A stretch of 60,276 nt of DNA, filler included, from Stramenopiles sp. TOSAG23-6 (lineage: Eukaryota): NCBI GenBank assembly GCA_900128565.1. It is 12 parts of 12 records of this genome, joined end to end, with 100 filler letters (N's around TTAATTAATTAA, not from the genome) between each part and the next. Parts side by side here need not be neighbours in the genome. Positions count along the whole stretch, not along the records: positions 45,328 to 50,247 come from LT637016.1; positions 50,348 to 55,265 come from LT637017.1; positions 55,366 to 60,276 come from LT637018.1; 9 more parts are not named here. One strand, 5' to 3'. Below are positions 47,974 to 60,226 of this stretch, piece after piece. A program made the position numbers and the translations under genes. The notes beneath the pieces are model-generated. The model had not been told where the DNA came from, searched no databases, and saw only the letters and a list, made by a program, of their open reading frames with translations. How positions within the stretch are numbered: the first letter of the stretch is position 1; each line of letters opens with the position of its first letter.

Positions 47974-50190
47974 TTATATTTTATTGGGTAATATGGGGTA
48001 ACGTAGCAATGGAGCTGAATTATCCAGCAACAAAGTCAAATTTGGAAATTCTTTCGAAGTAGGAGCACACATTAATGTTGCAAGACTAGGTAATCTACGT
48101 ACTGCTATAGTCACCAGGCAATGTCGTATACATCCACCATCAAGAAATGCTACTGCTAAACTTTCAGGACGACTTTCACTAAATCGTAAAACATAGCTAC
48201 CATCTACATGCTTTTGTCTTAGTAATTTCTCGGCTTCTATTTTTGATATAAAGCCATATAATCTACCACTACAATACTCTGATGATACATGAGCATCGGA
48301 TAATACATGTAATGATGGAGCAATTAATTTGACAGTAGCACGCATCCAACTACGTCCTGTTACTAACCAATTCTTGAAAGGAACATGAGATTTAGATTCC
48401 TTTTGGTCTACGCATTTTTTCGACATAAATTCTAATTGTTTTTTGTCAAATGAACGTTTCGTCATTGCATTAGTTGCATCATCACTTAACATCTCCTCAC
48501 AAAACTGATACATCCAATTGGGTAATTTATGCACAGGTAGAAAAACATTTATATTTACACATTCACTAACACCTTGTTGTGAAATGGTTGAAAGATCATT
48601 CATCGATATTTTAGAACTTTTACAGATACTATGACTGCTTTGTCCATGTTTTTCAATTGAGATAGAAATGTCAGTCCATATATGTGCAGCAACAGCATGA
48701 GCATCTTTTACAGAGTCAAAACGACGACGTCTCTTCAAAGGAGCAGCAGCCCTTGTCTTTTTTTTTTTTATTTGTTTTTTTTTTTTTGTTTTGTGCCAAT
48801 TTGCCGAGGTTGATCTATTTTATCGATACGTACATCAAATCGTTTATGTCTTGGTGTAGACATATTCTTATAGATTTCAATAGAGGCAGATAGAATACTA
48901 GACAGAGACGTTGCAGCACCAGTAACTTCATCCTGTAACAACTTGACGGCCATTACTATAGATTGAGGATGACCATGCAATGCAACAAGAACAGGATGTA
49001 TTGCAAGTTTTGAAATAGCTGAGCGACGAGGAATCATATTACTAGAATTGTTGGTGCTGCTTTTTGTCACTCTACTTGTTGGTGTCTCGAGAGAACCCGA
49101 AGAGGAGGATAATAATGGGTCTTGTGATCCTTGTTGTTGTATTAAATTATTTTCTACTTTTTCTACCTCTTGCATTGTCAGTATCCGCGGGGAAAGTTTT
49201 GAGAATAATTTCGCCGAATCTTCAGGGGATAATGAAGTGACTTTTACTACTTTTTCTCCCTCAAGACCAGTAAGATGTTCTGAAGTAACTAATATACGAA
49301 TCCAAGGCGCATGTCTCAGTAATAAAGCCACAACATCTTGTGTCGTTCGAGACATTATACTAGAAATGTTAGGGTTTTGATGAGACGTGGTCCCTTCCCA
49401 ACCATCAATAAATAATAAACAATTTTCTGCATTCGTACCACGGATATGAATTATACGAAGCATCTCTTGCAATGCTTGATTCATTTCATTTTCACTATTA
49501 TTATTCATTATATTATCATTGATTTCATCATTCATCTTACTATTTTCATCAATTGTAGGGTTTGTAGGGTTAGGGGTAGATTTTGTTCTTGATATAGTAT
49601 TATTATTCAATTGTTGAGGAATACGGGAAATATTTATTGATGTGTTATTACATAGACATCGACATATTGCTCTACACAAAACAATTGTAGTAAGTATTTT
49701 TGCAAGTCTTTCTGTTTCATCATTTGTTTCTACGGTATTTAAAAGTTTCAATTTTTGATTTAGAAATTTTTGATGTAAAACTTTGTCTTGGATAATTGGT
49801 TTGTTTTTCGTAGAGTGGATATTCGCAGTATCAGCAGCGAAATAATCACTTCCAAATAATTCATTTGTTTTTAAACGAATTGAAAAAACACCTCCTAAAA
49901 ATAATCTCCTATCATTACATCTATGACACAAAAAAAGCGCAATGGTCGTCTTTCCGATACCCGGTACTCCTAATAAAGTTACAACTCGACCACCTCCCTC
50001 TCGGCTTAACAAAGCAAAACCAGCTTGAGCTTGTACAGCTCTACCTATAAACGTTTTTTGGTGGATGACCAGAATCACAAAATGGGAGAGCTCGTGGTTG
50101 AATAAAAGGTCCCATTTTTACAGTGGTAGATGGAAATACTGTATTTTGATGTACATTTGTATCATTTGGTAGCAATTGGAAGAATTCAGC
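47974..50190 (-). CDS. STAND/NB-ARC-type NTPase with C-terminal STAT-like SH2 domain (5' partial; frameshifts near 50060 and 48760)
   Basis: FIGR, GVPGIGKT, LLFIDG, ILVTSE, LHGHPQSI, then GFISKIEAEKLL...GSYVLRFSESRP. Confidence 0.7.
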
Positions 50191-50522
50191 ACGTATTTTG
50201 GAAAAATATTTGAAAAAAAAATTCGTTAGGTACAAAATTTCGTACGANNNNNNNNNNNNNNNNNNNNNNNNNNNNNNNNNNNNNNNNNNNNTTAATTAAT
50301 TAANNNNNNNNNNNNNNNNNNNNNNNNNNNNNNNNNNNNNNNNNNNNTGATTGGTCAAGGTTTTGGTGTCGTGAAAAAAGCTTCATAAATTTTCGCAAGC
50401 GATCTGATCAGAGAGGTTCTACTATAGTATACGTAGGCAAAAGGATATAATAATATTATTGTTTTCTAAATTATTTTTTCTTACGTGTAGTATACTTCTG
50501 TAAAGAATTATTTATCTTTAAA

Positions 50523-51356
50523 ATGTGTGACAATGATGGCAGTGATGTAAGTGTTCTTTTGCATCCTCTAGCTATTGTAAGTATATCTTCAGTTTTCACA
50601 CGTTCGGCGCTAGACCAAAAGTTAAAAAACACACATAGCAGCCAACGTCTTATTGGTGGATTATTAGGACACCATGTTGGAAGAGAATATCACATATGTG
50701 ATGATTCGAATAAGACCGAAATTGCACAAATTCATTCAGAAATACGGGAAGCCGCATCAAAAGAGTCTATTCTGTTTATGGATCTTCAATCGAATGTAGC
50801 TCAAGACTTAGAAGAGTTACCTATTAAAATATATGTTGACAACTGGAGGGAAGATTCTGCACCAACAAGATTAGTTTCTTTCAAGATGAAAAGTGATAAA
50901 GCAGAAGGTATAGCCATGGAACATGTATCCAAAGTGAAAGCAGGTACAGAAAATGAGAGTGAGTTTGTGACACAGTTAAAAGTTACTCAGTCAGCGATGA
51001 TTATACTAAATGAGCGTGTTCGAACAATTCGTGCCTTTTTAAAAAAGTCTCAAGAAAACTGTGGAGGGAAAACAAACTACCATTTACTTCGAGAAATTGC
51101 TGGAATTTGTCAAAGATTGTTAATGATAAAGTCACAAGCTTATAGGGTGCAGTATATGGATGATTATAATGATTCTTTATTATTTGCTTATCTTGCAACA
51201 ATCACAAAAGCAGCTAGTAGATGTAGTGAAGTAGTAGAAAAATATGCTTTTTCAAATATTATCAATGGGTCTAATAGATTTGGGACATCTGACCTCACAG
51301 GTCGTCGAGGTGTCATGCGCGTGAATAAGCGCTTAGAGAGCTCAATGTGTCTTTAA
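50523..51356 (+). CDS. COPS6: COP9 signalosome subunit 6-like (MPN domain appears shortened)
   Basis: VLLHPLAIVSIS, LIGGLLG, AEGIAMEHV, LLREIAGIC, YNDSLLFAYLATITK. Confidence 0.8.
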   Translation: MCDNDGSDVSVLLHPLAIVSISSVFTRSALDQKLKNTHSSQRLIGGLLGHHVGREYHICDDSNKTEIAQIHSEIREAASKESILFMDLQSNVAQDLEELPIKIYVDNWREDSAPTRLVSFKMKSDKAEGIAMEHVSKVKAGTENESEFVTQLKVTQSAMIILNERVRTIRAFLKKSQENCGGKTNYHLLREIAGICQRLLMIKSQAYRVQYMDDYNDSLLFAYLATITKAASRCSEVVEKYAFSNIINGSNRFGTSDLTGRRGVMRVNKRLESSMCL

Positions 51357-51711
51357 GAAAATAAAATTTAATGATCATAATAATATATTGAAATTCCAAT
51401 GTAAATTTGAAATTGAGATTTATATTTTTTTGAGGATTTCGTGTTTTTGCCGCGAATATTGAGCGCTTATTCTTCGCGAATCGCGACGCAACATTCTTTC
51501 GATTAGCTCCTCCGCTTGTGCATATACATTACTCGAGGTTCTTTCTTCAATTGCTTTTGAAAAAGGTAGCCGTGAATTCAATATTTTTTTTAATACTAAA
51601 TAGGCTATTTGATCATTGTTAGAAAGATTAAGTTACTAGTTATTCAAACTTGTCGTAGACTATAAGTAAGTACAGGAATATATTATCAAACAAGGAACCA
51701 ATACTGTAAAA

Positions 51712-52101
51712 ATGGTTACAAAGAATACTCTCATTCTTACGACATCGCTAGGTTTTGGCTTATCTCTATTCACGCTTATAATGAGTTGCGCATTTGTAAA
51801 CAATTGGTGGCCTCTATTTACATTTGGACTATTACCAATGATGGCAATTCCATTTCTATTCTTTTCATGTATGGATCCAAACAAAGAAGGGCCTTCGGTG
51901 GTTGAGGCTTTCGGTCACTGTACTAGCGGATTCGTTCTATCTACACTTTTTATGTTCCCTATTGTATTATATCATACAGGGACGGTGAGTAGTGGCGGTC
52001 AATTTGTTGGTTGGATTATTGCCAATATTATACTCCTTCTTTCTTTTTTACCAATGTTTCTATCCAACTATGGAGTCAATTTAGATGATAGTGGGATGTA
52101 A
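51712..52101 (+). CDS. VPS55: Vps55/LEPROT family protein
   Basis: IMSCAFVNNWWPLF, PIVLYH. Four TM segments, 129 aa. Confidence 0.85.
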   Translation: MVTKNTLILTTSLGFGLSLFTLIMSCAFVNNWWPLFTFGLLPMMAIPFLFFSCMDPNKEGPSVVEAFGHCTSGFVLSTLFMFPIVLYHTGTVSSGGQFVGWIIANIILLLSFLPMFLSNYGVNLDDSGM

Positions 52102-52194
52102 GTTGAAATGAAAACAATATATAAGAACAAAATTTAGAGCACAATAAACACATTTGGCATTATCTATCAGTTATTTATGTATTGTTGAAGTTAT

Positions 52195-52582
52195 TTAAAT
52201 GAGGTATTCTACAAAAATAGCAGAGCTTCTCAAATCGTGCCGGATTTTAAACACGACTTCATTTCCACCCTGAAAGTGAACGTCAACTAACGTACCTCCA
52301 GACACAGCAATATTTGTAAACCTAAGTCTACCATCAGTTATAGAAGCTTGAATTTTTTGAGTAGTACAACCCCAAGGAATTTCAAACCCAGAGGTTATAT
52401 TTATATTATTTTCAGTCCCACTTGACATTCCGGAAGGTCTGTAGTCTTCGCGTACCTCTATGTTGTTCTCTATGTTGGTAGGACTTTCACCATGAAAAAT
52501 ATGAAAACTCGCGGTAGCTCCCCCTTCTCGAGGAGTGAAGGTTACCTGTACTGTTCTAGAACCAATACCTGAAGGTGCCATA
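52195..52582 (-). CDS. Hypothetical protein
   Basis: ATG ORF MAPSGIG..., beta-rich, no motif recognised. Confidence 0.45.
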
Positions 52583-52921
52583 AGTATAGAGTTAGTACTG
52601 AAACTAATTAAAATTGAATCATACCACCTTTCTAACGACTTTTCCGAGAACAGAACAACTTCAAAATATTTGAAACTATCTTTATCTTGAAAATGTAACA
52701 AAGCAAACTTATTGCAGCACAATTCCGCCTTGGGGCAAGTTGCAACAATAAAATTTAGCCAACGTTTAGTAAATACGTAATACTACTAGTACTGTATTGT
52801 TGTATTAGATATTTACTAGTATCGTGTCAAGATTGATTTTTGGCCAAAATTCCGATTGATGGCCGGTGATTTGAGACTGATGAGTATCACCTCTGTAGTA
52901 ATATAAAAGTTAGGTTAAACG

Positions 52922-54001
52922 ATGTATTCTACAAGCATGTCGTCGGTTTGTTTCTACACTGGCGCATTCACTTTAGGGATGCTCCTCGTTACTGTTATAT
53001 TCAGTGTGTTGTCGTATTTGCGACGTCTACTACATTTTAAACACTTGTCATATAGAGGGAAACACGTACTTGTTACTGGAGGTTCTACTGGAATTGGCAA
53101 ATGTGTAGCTACGGAGTTTGCACGTCGGGGTGCAAATGTGACGTTGTTGGCTCGTACGGAAAGTAAGTTAATTGCAGCTGTAAAAGACATATCGGATATG
53201 GTAAATAAAGAATGGGCTGAAAAGGACACTAAACAACCGACTATTCGATATGTGTGTGCTGATGTGACGGACGAGGGTGCTGTGCATGAGGCAGTAAAAC
53301 AAAGTGTTACAGCTGCTAACGGGCAAGATATTGACGTATTGATTGCCTGTGCTGGTGCTTCATATCCTGGTTATTTTCTGGATCAAGATACTGATGTATT
53401 TGAGCGCTCTATGCGCCTAAACTATTTAGGAAGTGTCACTGTGATAAAAGCTGTTGCTCCACAAATGTGTAAACGTGGTCAAGGTCACATTGTTCTAGTT
53501 GCTTCTGCTGCTGCTGTAGTATCCTTCATAGGTTACTCCACTTATGCACCAACAAAATTTGCTCTTCGAGGTCTAGCTGATACATTACGAAATGAACTCA
53601 TTGGCTTTGGAGTGAAAGTATCAATTGCTTACCCTCCAGATACAGATACTCCTGGATTCGAAAATGAGAATAAAAGTAAACCTGCAGAAACAAAAGCTGT
53701 GTCACCACCTGAAGTTTGGCCTGCTACGGCTGTAGCAAGATCCCTTGTATCAAGTATGGCATCTGGTGATTATCATCTCTCATCACCAGACTTTGTACAA
53801 AATTTACTTGTATCAACAATGGCAGGCGTTACCCCCCGTAAATATCTTCTATTGGAGTGTTTTCTTCAACCAATACTTGGAATTGTAGAGTGGCTCTTTC
53901 TATGGCATGCTGATCGTGAGGCTTATAAATATGGTTGTCGTATAAGTTTGACTGAAAATAGAAAGAAAGTTTCAAAAAGCAGTACACTAAAGTCAGAATA
54001 A
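52922..54001 (+). CDS. KDSR: 3-ketodihydrosphingosine reductase (SDR)
   Basis: TGGSTGIG, YSTYAPTKFALRGLA, AYPPDTDTPGF. Confidence 0.92.
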   Translation: MYSTSMSSVCFYTGAFTLGMLLVTVIFSVLSYLRRLLHFKHLSYRGKHVLVTGGSTGIGKCVATEFARRGANVTLLARTESKLIAAVKDISDMVNKEWAEKDTKQPTIRYVCADVTDEGAVHEAVKQSVTAANGQDIDVLIACAGASYPGYFLDQDTDVFERSMRLNYLGSVTVIKAVAPQMCKRGQGHIVLVASAAAVVSFIGYSTYAPTKFALRGLADTLRNELIGFGVKVSIAYPPDTDTPGFENENKSKPAETKAVSPPEVWPATAVARSLVSSMASGDYHLSSPDFVQNLLVSTMAGVTPRKYLLLECFLQPILGIVEWLFLWHADREAYKYGCRISLTENRKKVSKSSTLKSE

Positions 54002-54364
54002 CAATAACTGGATAAACTTAAAATTATCATGGGGTACAAACAAACAAACAGAATATACAATTTGAATACATATATATATTTGTAGTTAGTAATAAAGGTA
54101 TGTATAAAGACATAGATGACTTATATGTGTTTGTTTTATTAGTTCCAGCACATTGGACACTTTTTGTATCTAAATTATTACTTGTTTCTTTCCACCATAG
54201 GATATCAACTCACTTGCTACACGTGCTTGGTGTAACTCAGCTGTCGAAGGTGGTACTACTCTCAAAAGCTCTATAAAACTATACTACTAACGGGGATCTA
54301 TTTATCATCTTACTTCTATATTCTTCTTATCTCTAATATTACATAATTATCACGCAATTGTATC

Positions 54365-54772
54365 CTAAAGATTATATATGTTGTGAATAGTTTGATTATA
54401 ACCAGGTGTAGCACTATTTCCTTCACTATAAAAGCAGGGCCTTTTGTTATTCTCAGAAGAATGTCCTTGACTTTCACTAAAGAAAACGCTATCCTCCCGT
54501 CGACGTTTTTTACCTAAACAACTATACTCAATTTCTTTTTGAACTACATTCTGTTGATGCGCTACGTTAGATTGTTGAATTTGCGGTAAATTATTTTCGA
54601 ACTGCTGTAACTTGGAGTGCCAGTCTCTCAAATGATCTGGGTCACGGTTCTGTCTTAAATGTTTCTCACGGAGTATCTCTAACATGTTGTTTTGGTATAT
54701 ACGCTGTTGCTGTTGTTCATATATTGCACCAAGTCCTCTGGAAGTTCGAACAGACAAATCCATTGAATTCAT
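54365..54772 (-). CDS. Hypothetical Gln-rich protein
   Basis: ATG ORF divergent from RPL4. Confidence 0.45.
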   Translation of the reverse strand: MNSMDLSVRTSRGLGAIYEQQQQRIYQNNMLEILREKHLRQNRDPDHLRDWHSKLQQFENNLPQIQQSNVAHQQNVVQKEIEYSCLGKKRRREDSVFFSESQGHSSENNKRPCFYSEGNSATPGYNQTIHNIYNL

Positions 54773-55034
54773 TTTCAATGGTTGCAATATACTGCACTCA
54801 AAGAACACAATAAGTACTCTACGATTAATTTGTTGCGCAGATTTGAGAATTTCAATATTGTGCCTTATTTTTTTTGCGCCAAATAACGTAAAAAACGCGC
54901 GAAGAAGTTTGAGCAGGTTTATTCCAAAAGTTTCAGCGAATTTGTGGCCAAGTGTTGTTTTGCGTGTTTTGTTTTTTGTTTGTTTGCGGCTTTTCGTTTT
55001 CTTGACGATTCTCAAACAATCAATATATCACAAA

Positions 55035-55265
55035 ATGGCTTCCCGTCCAACTGTCACTGTTTATGGTACCGATGGCTCCGCTGTCGGCGCTACTCTTCCA
55101 ATGTCCAAAGTTTTTGGTGCTCCAATCAGACAAGACATTGTTCAATTTGTTCACACTAACGTACGCAAGAACTCCCGTCAATGCTACGCTGTGAATGTCG
55201 GTGCTGGTCACCAGACCTCTGCTGAATCTTGGGGAACTGGTCGTGCTGTCTCTCGTATCCCACGT
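55035..55265 (+). CDS. RPL4: 60S ribosomal protein L4 (3' partial)
   Basis: [12 protein letters not shown]...[21 protein letters not shown]. Confidence 0.97.
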
Positions 55266-55365
55266 NNNNNNNNNNNNNNNNNNNNNNNNNNNNNNNNNNN
55301 NNNNNNNNNTTAATTAATTAANNNNNNNNNNNNNNNNNNNNNNNNNNNNNNNNNNNNNNNNNNNN

Positions 55366-56302
55366 TGAAGCTAAAGAACGTGCTGAAGCTAAACGACTTG
55401 CTGAAGCTAAAGAACGAATTGAAGCTAAAGAACGTGCTGAAAAAAGTAGTGTTGACAATAAAAGTCCATTGAGTACTTTTAATAAAAGTTCTTCTGCGTT
55501 TACAAATGTAGAGAAATATCGAAAGATGTTAAAAATGAGAGTTCCTCGTGCTGCAGTGTATCAAAAAATGCGTTCCTTGGGTTTAGATCCATCATTATTA
55601 GATACATCACCAAGTACTAATTTATCTAATGTCAGTAAAGATAAAATTCGAGATGTTACTCCTATGCCAAATGCCTTACTCGCAGAAATTAAAAAGGGTA
55701 AAACAGTAAAACAAAAGTCTTGTACTACGTATAAAAAGAAGCAAGTTATGGAGGAAATTAAAAAGGGTAAAACAGTAAAAATGAAACACCATGAGAATAT
55801 TTCCTCCTCTCCATTAGGTACAAAAATCGGTATAGATTCAAATGTTTCATCGATGGCAGCCATGTGGAATGAAAAACATCGTCAGACTCGCCTGGAACAA
55901 AAATCAAATTTTTTTAGTAGTGAATTTGATAAAACTCATCAAGAATTACATCGATTAAAATTGGGAGATGTGGGGTATGGTACTGCAAAAAAAGGTACAA
56001 AAAGTGCACATCGGGCAATTAAAGCAACAGAATGGGTTAATATTCAAATTAAACAGTTGTGTCAAATTATTTCTGATCTTAGTGAAAAGAACAGATCAGA
56101 GGTAGGTTGTAGTCATGGTGTTACATTTGGTACATTATTTCATACCTATGAGAAAATTTCAGATAGTTTAGTAGGAATTATTTTACGGTGCAAAAAACGC
56201 AAATTAATAAAATATGAAGGAGAAATGCTACTTCAAAAGTATCATGATGATGTTGTTATTCAACTTACAAGAAAAGGAAAAGAATTAATTAAATCATGTT
56301 AA
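55366..56302 (+). CDS. Costars/ABRA-domain actin regulator (5' partial)
   Basis: GYGTAKKGTKS..RA, VTFGTLFHTYEKISDSLVGIILRCKK..IKYEGEMLLQ..HDDVVI. Confidence 0.85.
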
Positions 56303-56534
56303 ATGACTCAGAAAATTTGAAATTCATTATACAAAATTTTATATGAAAAAATAGAAAAAGTTTTAGTATTTTTGAAAAGTTGTAGTATTTGGTTTATTTT
56401 TTATATTTTAACAAAACTGGGATAAAAAACAAATAAAAATACTTTGAAATTTGATTGCATAATTTTATAAAATATCAAAATTGGTTTCAAAACGAGGCCC
56501 AATCTTCTTCTAAAGCTTCTTTAACTGAAATTGA

Positions 56535-58112
56535 CTATTNACTAATCTTTTCTAAAGCTTCTTTAACTGATTTCACTGAACTCATTTTAGTTTTATGAGT
56601 ATCCATTAAATTAGAAATACGTTTTGTATTTGATTCAGAATATCCAGCTTTTTTCAAAATAGTAGCAGCATCTTTCACTTTCATTTTCTCCATTTTTTTT
56701 CCAGTCACAAAAATGACAGATTCTGGATGAGGACATAAATTTGGCATGTTTGACTTTTTCAAATATGATGTAGAAGAAATTAAATTTACATCCCCTTTCG
56801 TTTTAGATGTACCTTTTTCAATATGACTACTCCAAGCACGTGCTACACCAGAGTCTGTCCATATAGCATGATGTTTAGCATACACATTTTCATTGTTGAT
56901 GATTTCATTTGACTTTGAGTCATTGAATGTAAACAATAAAATAGATTTTTTAGATTTTGTTAAAAATACAAAACACGAAATCGGTGCTGTTGGTACAAAA
57001 GAAATGTTTTCGATTTTATCCACTGTGCCATACGAAGTTCATGTATTGGTGAAAATATATTTACGTTTGAACGTTTTGTTAGGTATAAAAACTCATAGAT
57101 TTTTTTTAGAAAAAAAAAGAATGAAAATCATTAGGGTTAGGGTTATAAACATACCTGCACAATCCATTTGATCCAAACGCCATCGTGGTACAGCTTCAGG
57201 TCTAGTATCAAGAGAATAAGCATCTACTTCTTCTTGTGATAGTTGTGTGAATTTTTCATCTCTCCAAGGACCAGATCGTCCAGTTTTTTCTGTATACGCT
57301 TCACGTGCGTCATTGATTGTTTCTGCTGCCACTGCAATTTGAGCTTGTAAAGCAGTCACTGAGACATCACCTGAAACAACAATACGACATGTGTGAACTA
57401 ACTCATCATGAACACGATGATCAATTGCTTTCGAAATAGCAATAAACGATTGATCAGTCATTTTTGAAGTGTGGTATATAGTTATTGGATGTGGCTCTTT
57501 TGGTGCCCTTGTGGGTACAGCACACAAAATTTTCTGGGCAGCAGCTACAAAAGTAGGCGTGTCCGATATTATACGAGTACGTAATTCAGCACTTCTATGA
57601 GACCCTATAGATGCGTCATGAACAAACACATCAGTCACGTTAGATAAGTGGTCCGTCACCGAGTCATATACAGTAGCAAAATCACCTGATAAATCTGATG
57701 GCAACACATTTTTTTTTGATTCAATTGATACAGTGCCATTTTTTTCCACAGATAAACCATGGTTTTGTAGTTTACGGATACTCAAGTTACGATATGCGTT
57801 TGACATTGGTGAAACATCATCAGTACATAAAGACCAGTTTAAAGCGTAGTTACGCCCTGGACCTTCGCGTGGAAACGACATGACATCCGCATCAAAGTCT
57901 GGAGTACCCCAAAGTGGATCGGTCTTGCCACTTGACAAAGGTGGTGGTAACGATGTGGCGTCTCCAAACACTTCACCGTTTCTGTGACGCATCAGTGGGC
58001 GTCCTGCTTTATCTACGTCTCCTTCAGCCAATGCACAGAATGACCTGACGCCTCTAGCAAATACATAACGAGATGCCTTTACAGTTGAAGCTCTAAGCAA
58101 TGTTGTGACCAT
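56535..58112 (-). CDS. Mitochondrial-targeted, degenerate PEPCK(ATP)-like protein; intron 57041-57154
   Basis: Arg/Ser-rich presequence. DVFVHDASIGSHRSAELRTRIISD resembles the PEPCK N-domain; no Walker A seen. Confidence 0.55.
57041..57154 (-). other. Family intron, CAG|GT...AT
   Basis: Joins DCA-G-TSYG. A 2-nt upstream register would create TGA. Confidence 0.85.
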
Positions 58113-58474
58113 GGTGGAATATTTTGTAAGAGAATGCTTACAGACCTACGGTATAGTGTAGTATAGGTCCTATGTTTCAATAGAATTTGTGTTTGAAGTC
58201 AAGTTTTCTTTCGCCAACTTGTTTATGTTGAAACAATACGTATTATTGTTGTAAGCCCTTCTACGTATCGCCTTGGCCGCCACGCGTAACACGAAATAAT
58301 AATAAAAAATCAAAGATTGGCCAGAATCTGATCTGTCATCTCATCAAGAAAAAAAAATCGAAAGTAGCACTTGTTAAACACTGTTCCACATTCAATAAAT
58401 TGGTAAAATACATAATACCTAATAGTAGTAGTATTAGCGAATATACATTTAATTAGTTTCCACTTTGTACCAGT

Positions 58475-60226
58475 ATGCTACTCAATGGAATAAAAAATTC
58501 AGCGTATCGAATTCATTTCAAAAATTCTGTTCCTTTATCCTTGTTACGTTCAGTATCTACCTCTGTAGATGAATCTGTTGATGCTTATTTGCATCGTACT
58601 CAAATCCCTACTGACTTTTTTCAGTCGTCCTTACCAAAGTTACCAATACCTAAGCTTGAAGATACTATTCGTCGTTATTTGTTGAGTTGTAAACCATTGT
58701 TATCAGATGAAGAATATAAAGAGACTGAGAAAGCTACGCATGAATTTTTGAATGGTGTTGGTCCAAAACTACAGTCTCAGCTTGAAAAAAAAAATGCCTT
58801 GTCCTATTCTAATTACGTGTCTAAACCTTGGTTTGACGTATATCTTGAAGCTCGTCAATCTCTCTTAATAACTACAAATCCACAAATTACATTACGTCGT
58901 GATGAAAGACGTTCATCACAAGTAGCACGGGCTGCTTCACTTGCGTATTCAGCGACAATATTTTATAGAACTTTGAGAGATGAACAACTGGAGCCAGATT
59001 TATTTCACACAAAACCAAAATTAACAAAGACATCATTTTTTACTCATCTTATTAATATGATACCTAGATCTGTATCATTTTATGCATCTGCTGCATGTGG
59101 AGCCTATGCATTAGATATGAGTCAATATGATCGTTTATTTAAATCTACACGAATTCCAAAGAAAAATAAAGATGTACTTTGTGGCGGATTACGTGACACG
59201 TGGGGAAAAAGTTGTACGACAAATAATCCGGGTATTGGTCCCAAGCATATTGTTGTACAGAAAGGTGCATTATTTTATAAGGTCGATGTTTTGGATGATA
59301 GAGGACTCGCTATATCACAATCCATTGTTGAAAAGTGTTTTCAGGAAATTATTGACGCGAAAGTAAATGAAAGTGATGATGTTTTTTATATTGGATCCTG
59401 TACTTCTTTGCCCAGAAATGATTGGGCTAGATTACGTCATCGCATTGAGAGTCAAAGTTGTATTAATTCAGCTACATTACACGACATTGATAGTTCATTA
59501 TTTATGGTATCTCTTGATGATGAAGATATTTTGAATCAAGATTTGAATCAAGATTTTAAAAATACCATTAGCAATAGTATTCAAAACAATATTAATGTTG
59601 ATATAAAAAGTAATGCTGAAGTTGCATCACTCTGTCGGACAATGCTTCATGGTAATCAATGCCGTGATAGATGGTTAGATAAAAGTTTTCAAATTATTGT
59701 TACAAAATCTGGTGAAGCAGCAATAAATTTTGAACATTCCTGGGGTGATGGTGTTGCTGTTCTACGATTTTGTACTGAAATTGTAAAACATTGTGAGAAA
59801 ATACCCGTTGTGAATAACCCTAACCCTAGGGAGAAAAAAAAACAAAAAGTAACTCAACTAGGGTTAGGGTTAACTCAATTACAGTGGGATATTTGTGATG
59901 AAACAAAAGCAATGATTCGAAATGCATCTGATCAAGCTGGTGCTTTAATTAGTTCTACTGATATAGATGTATGTTTTTTTTCTAACCCTAACCCTAATTT
60001 TGTCATCTACTTTTTTTTTTTTTTATCATTCGATAATTTTGTACCTAACAGAAAAATCATTTTTTTTTGAAATATTTTTTCATAATGTATGTATTTCAAA
60101 GTTTGGATTTTAATGCAATTTGGATGAAAAATAATTATTTAAGTCCTGATGGTGTGATGCAAATGTTATTCCAATTATCTCATCATTATTTATTTGGTGT
60201 TCCCGCTTCAACATATGAAAGTGCAT
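58475..60226 (+). CDS. CPT2: Carnitine O-palmitoyltransferase 2, 3' partial; intron 59969-60090
   Basis: FQSSLPKLPIPKLEDTIRRYL, DMSQY.RLF.STRIP, RWLDKSF, FEHSWGDGVAVLR, LSPDG...TYES. Confidence 0.92.
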
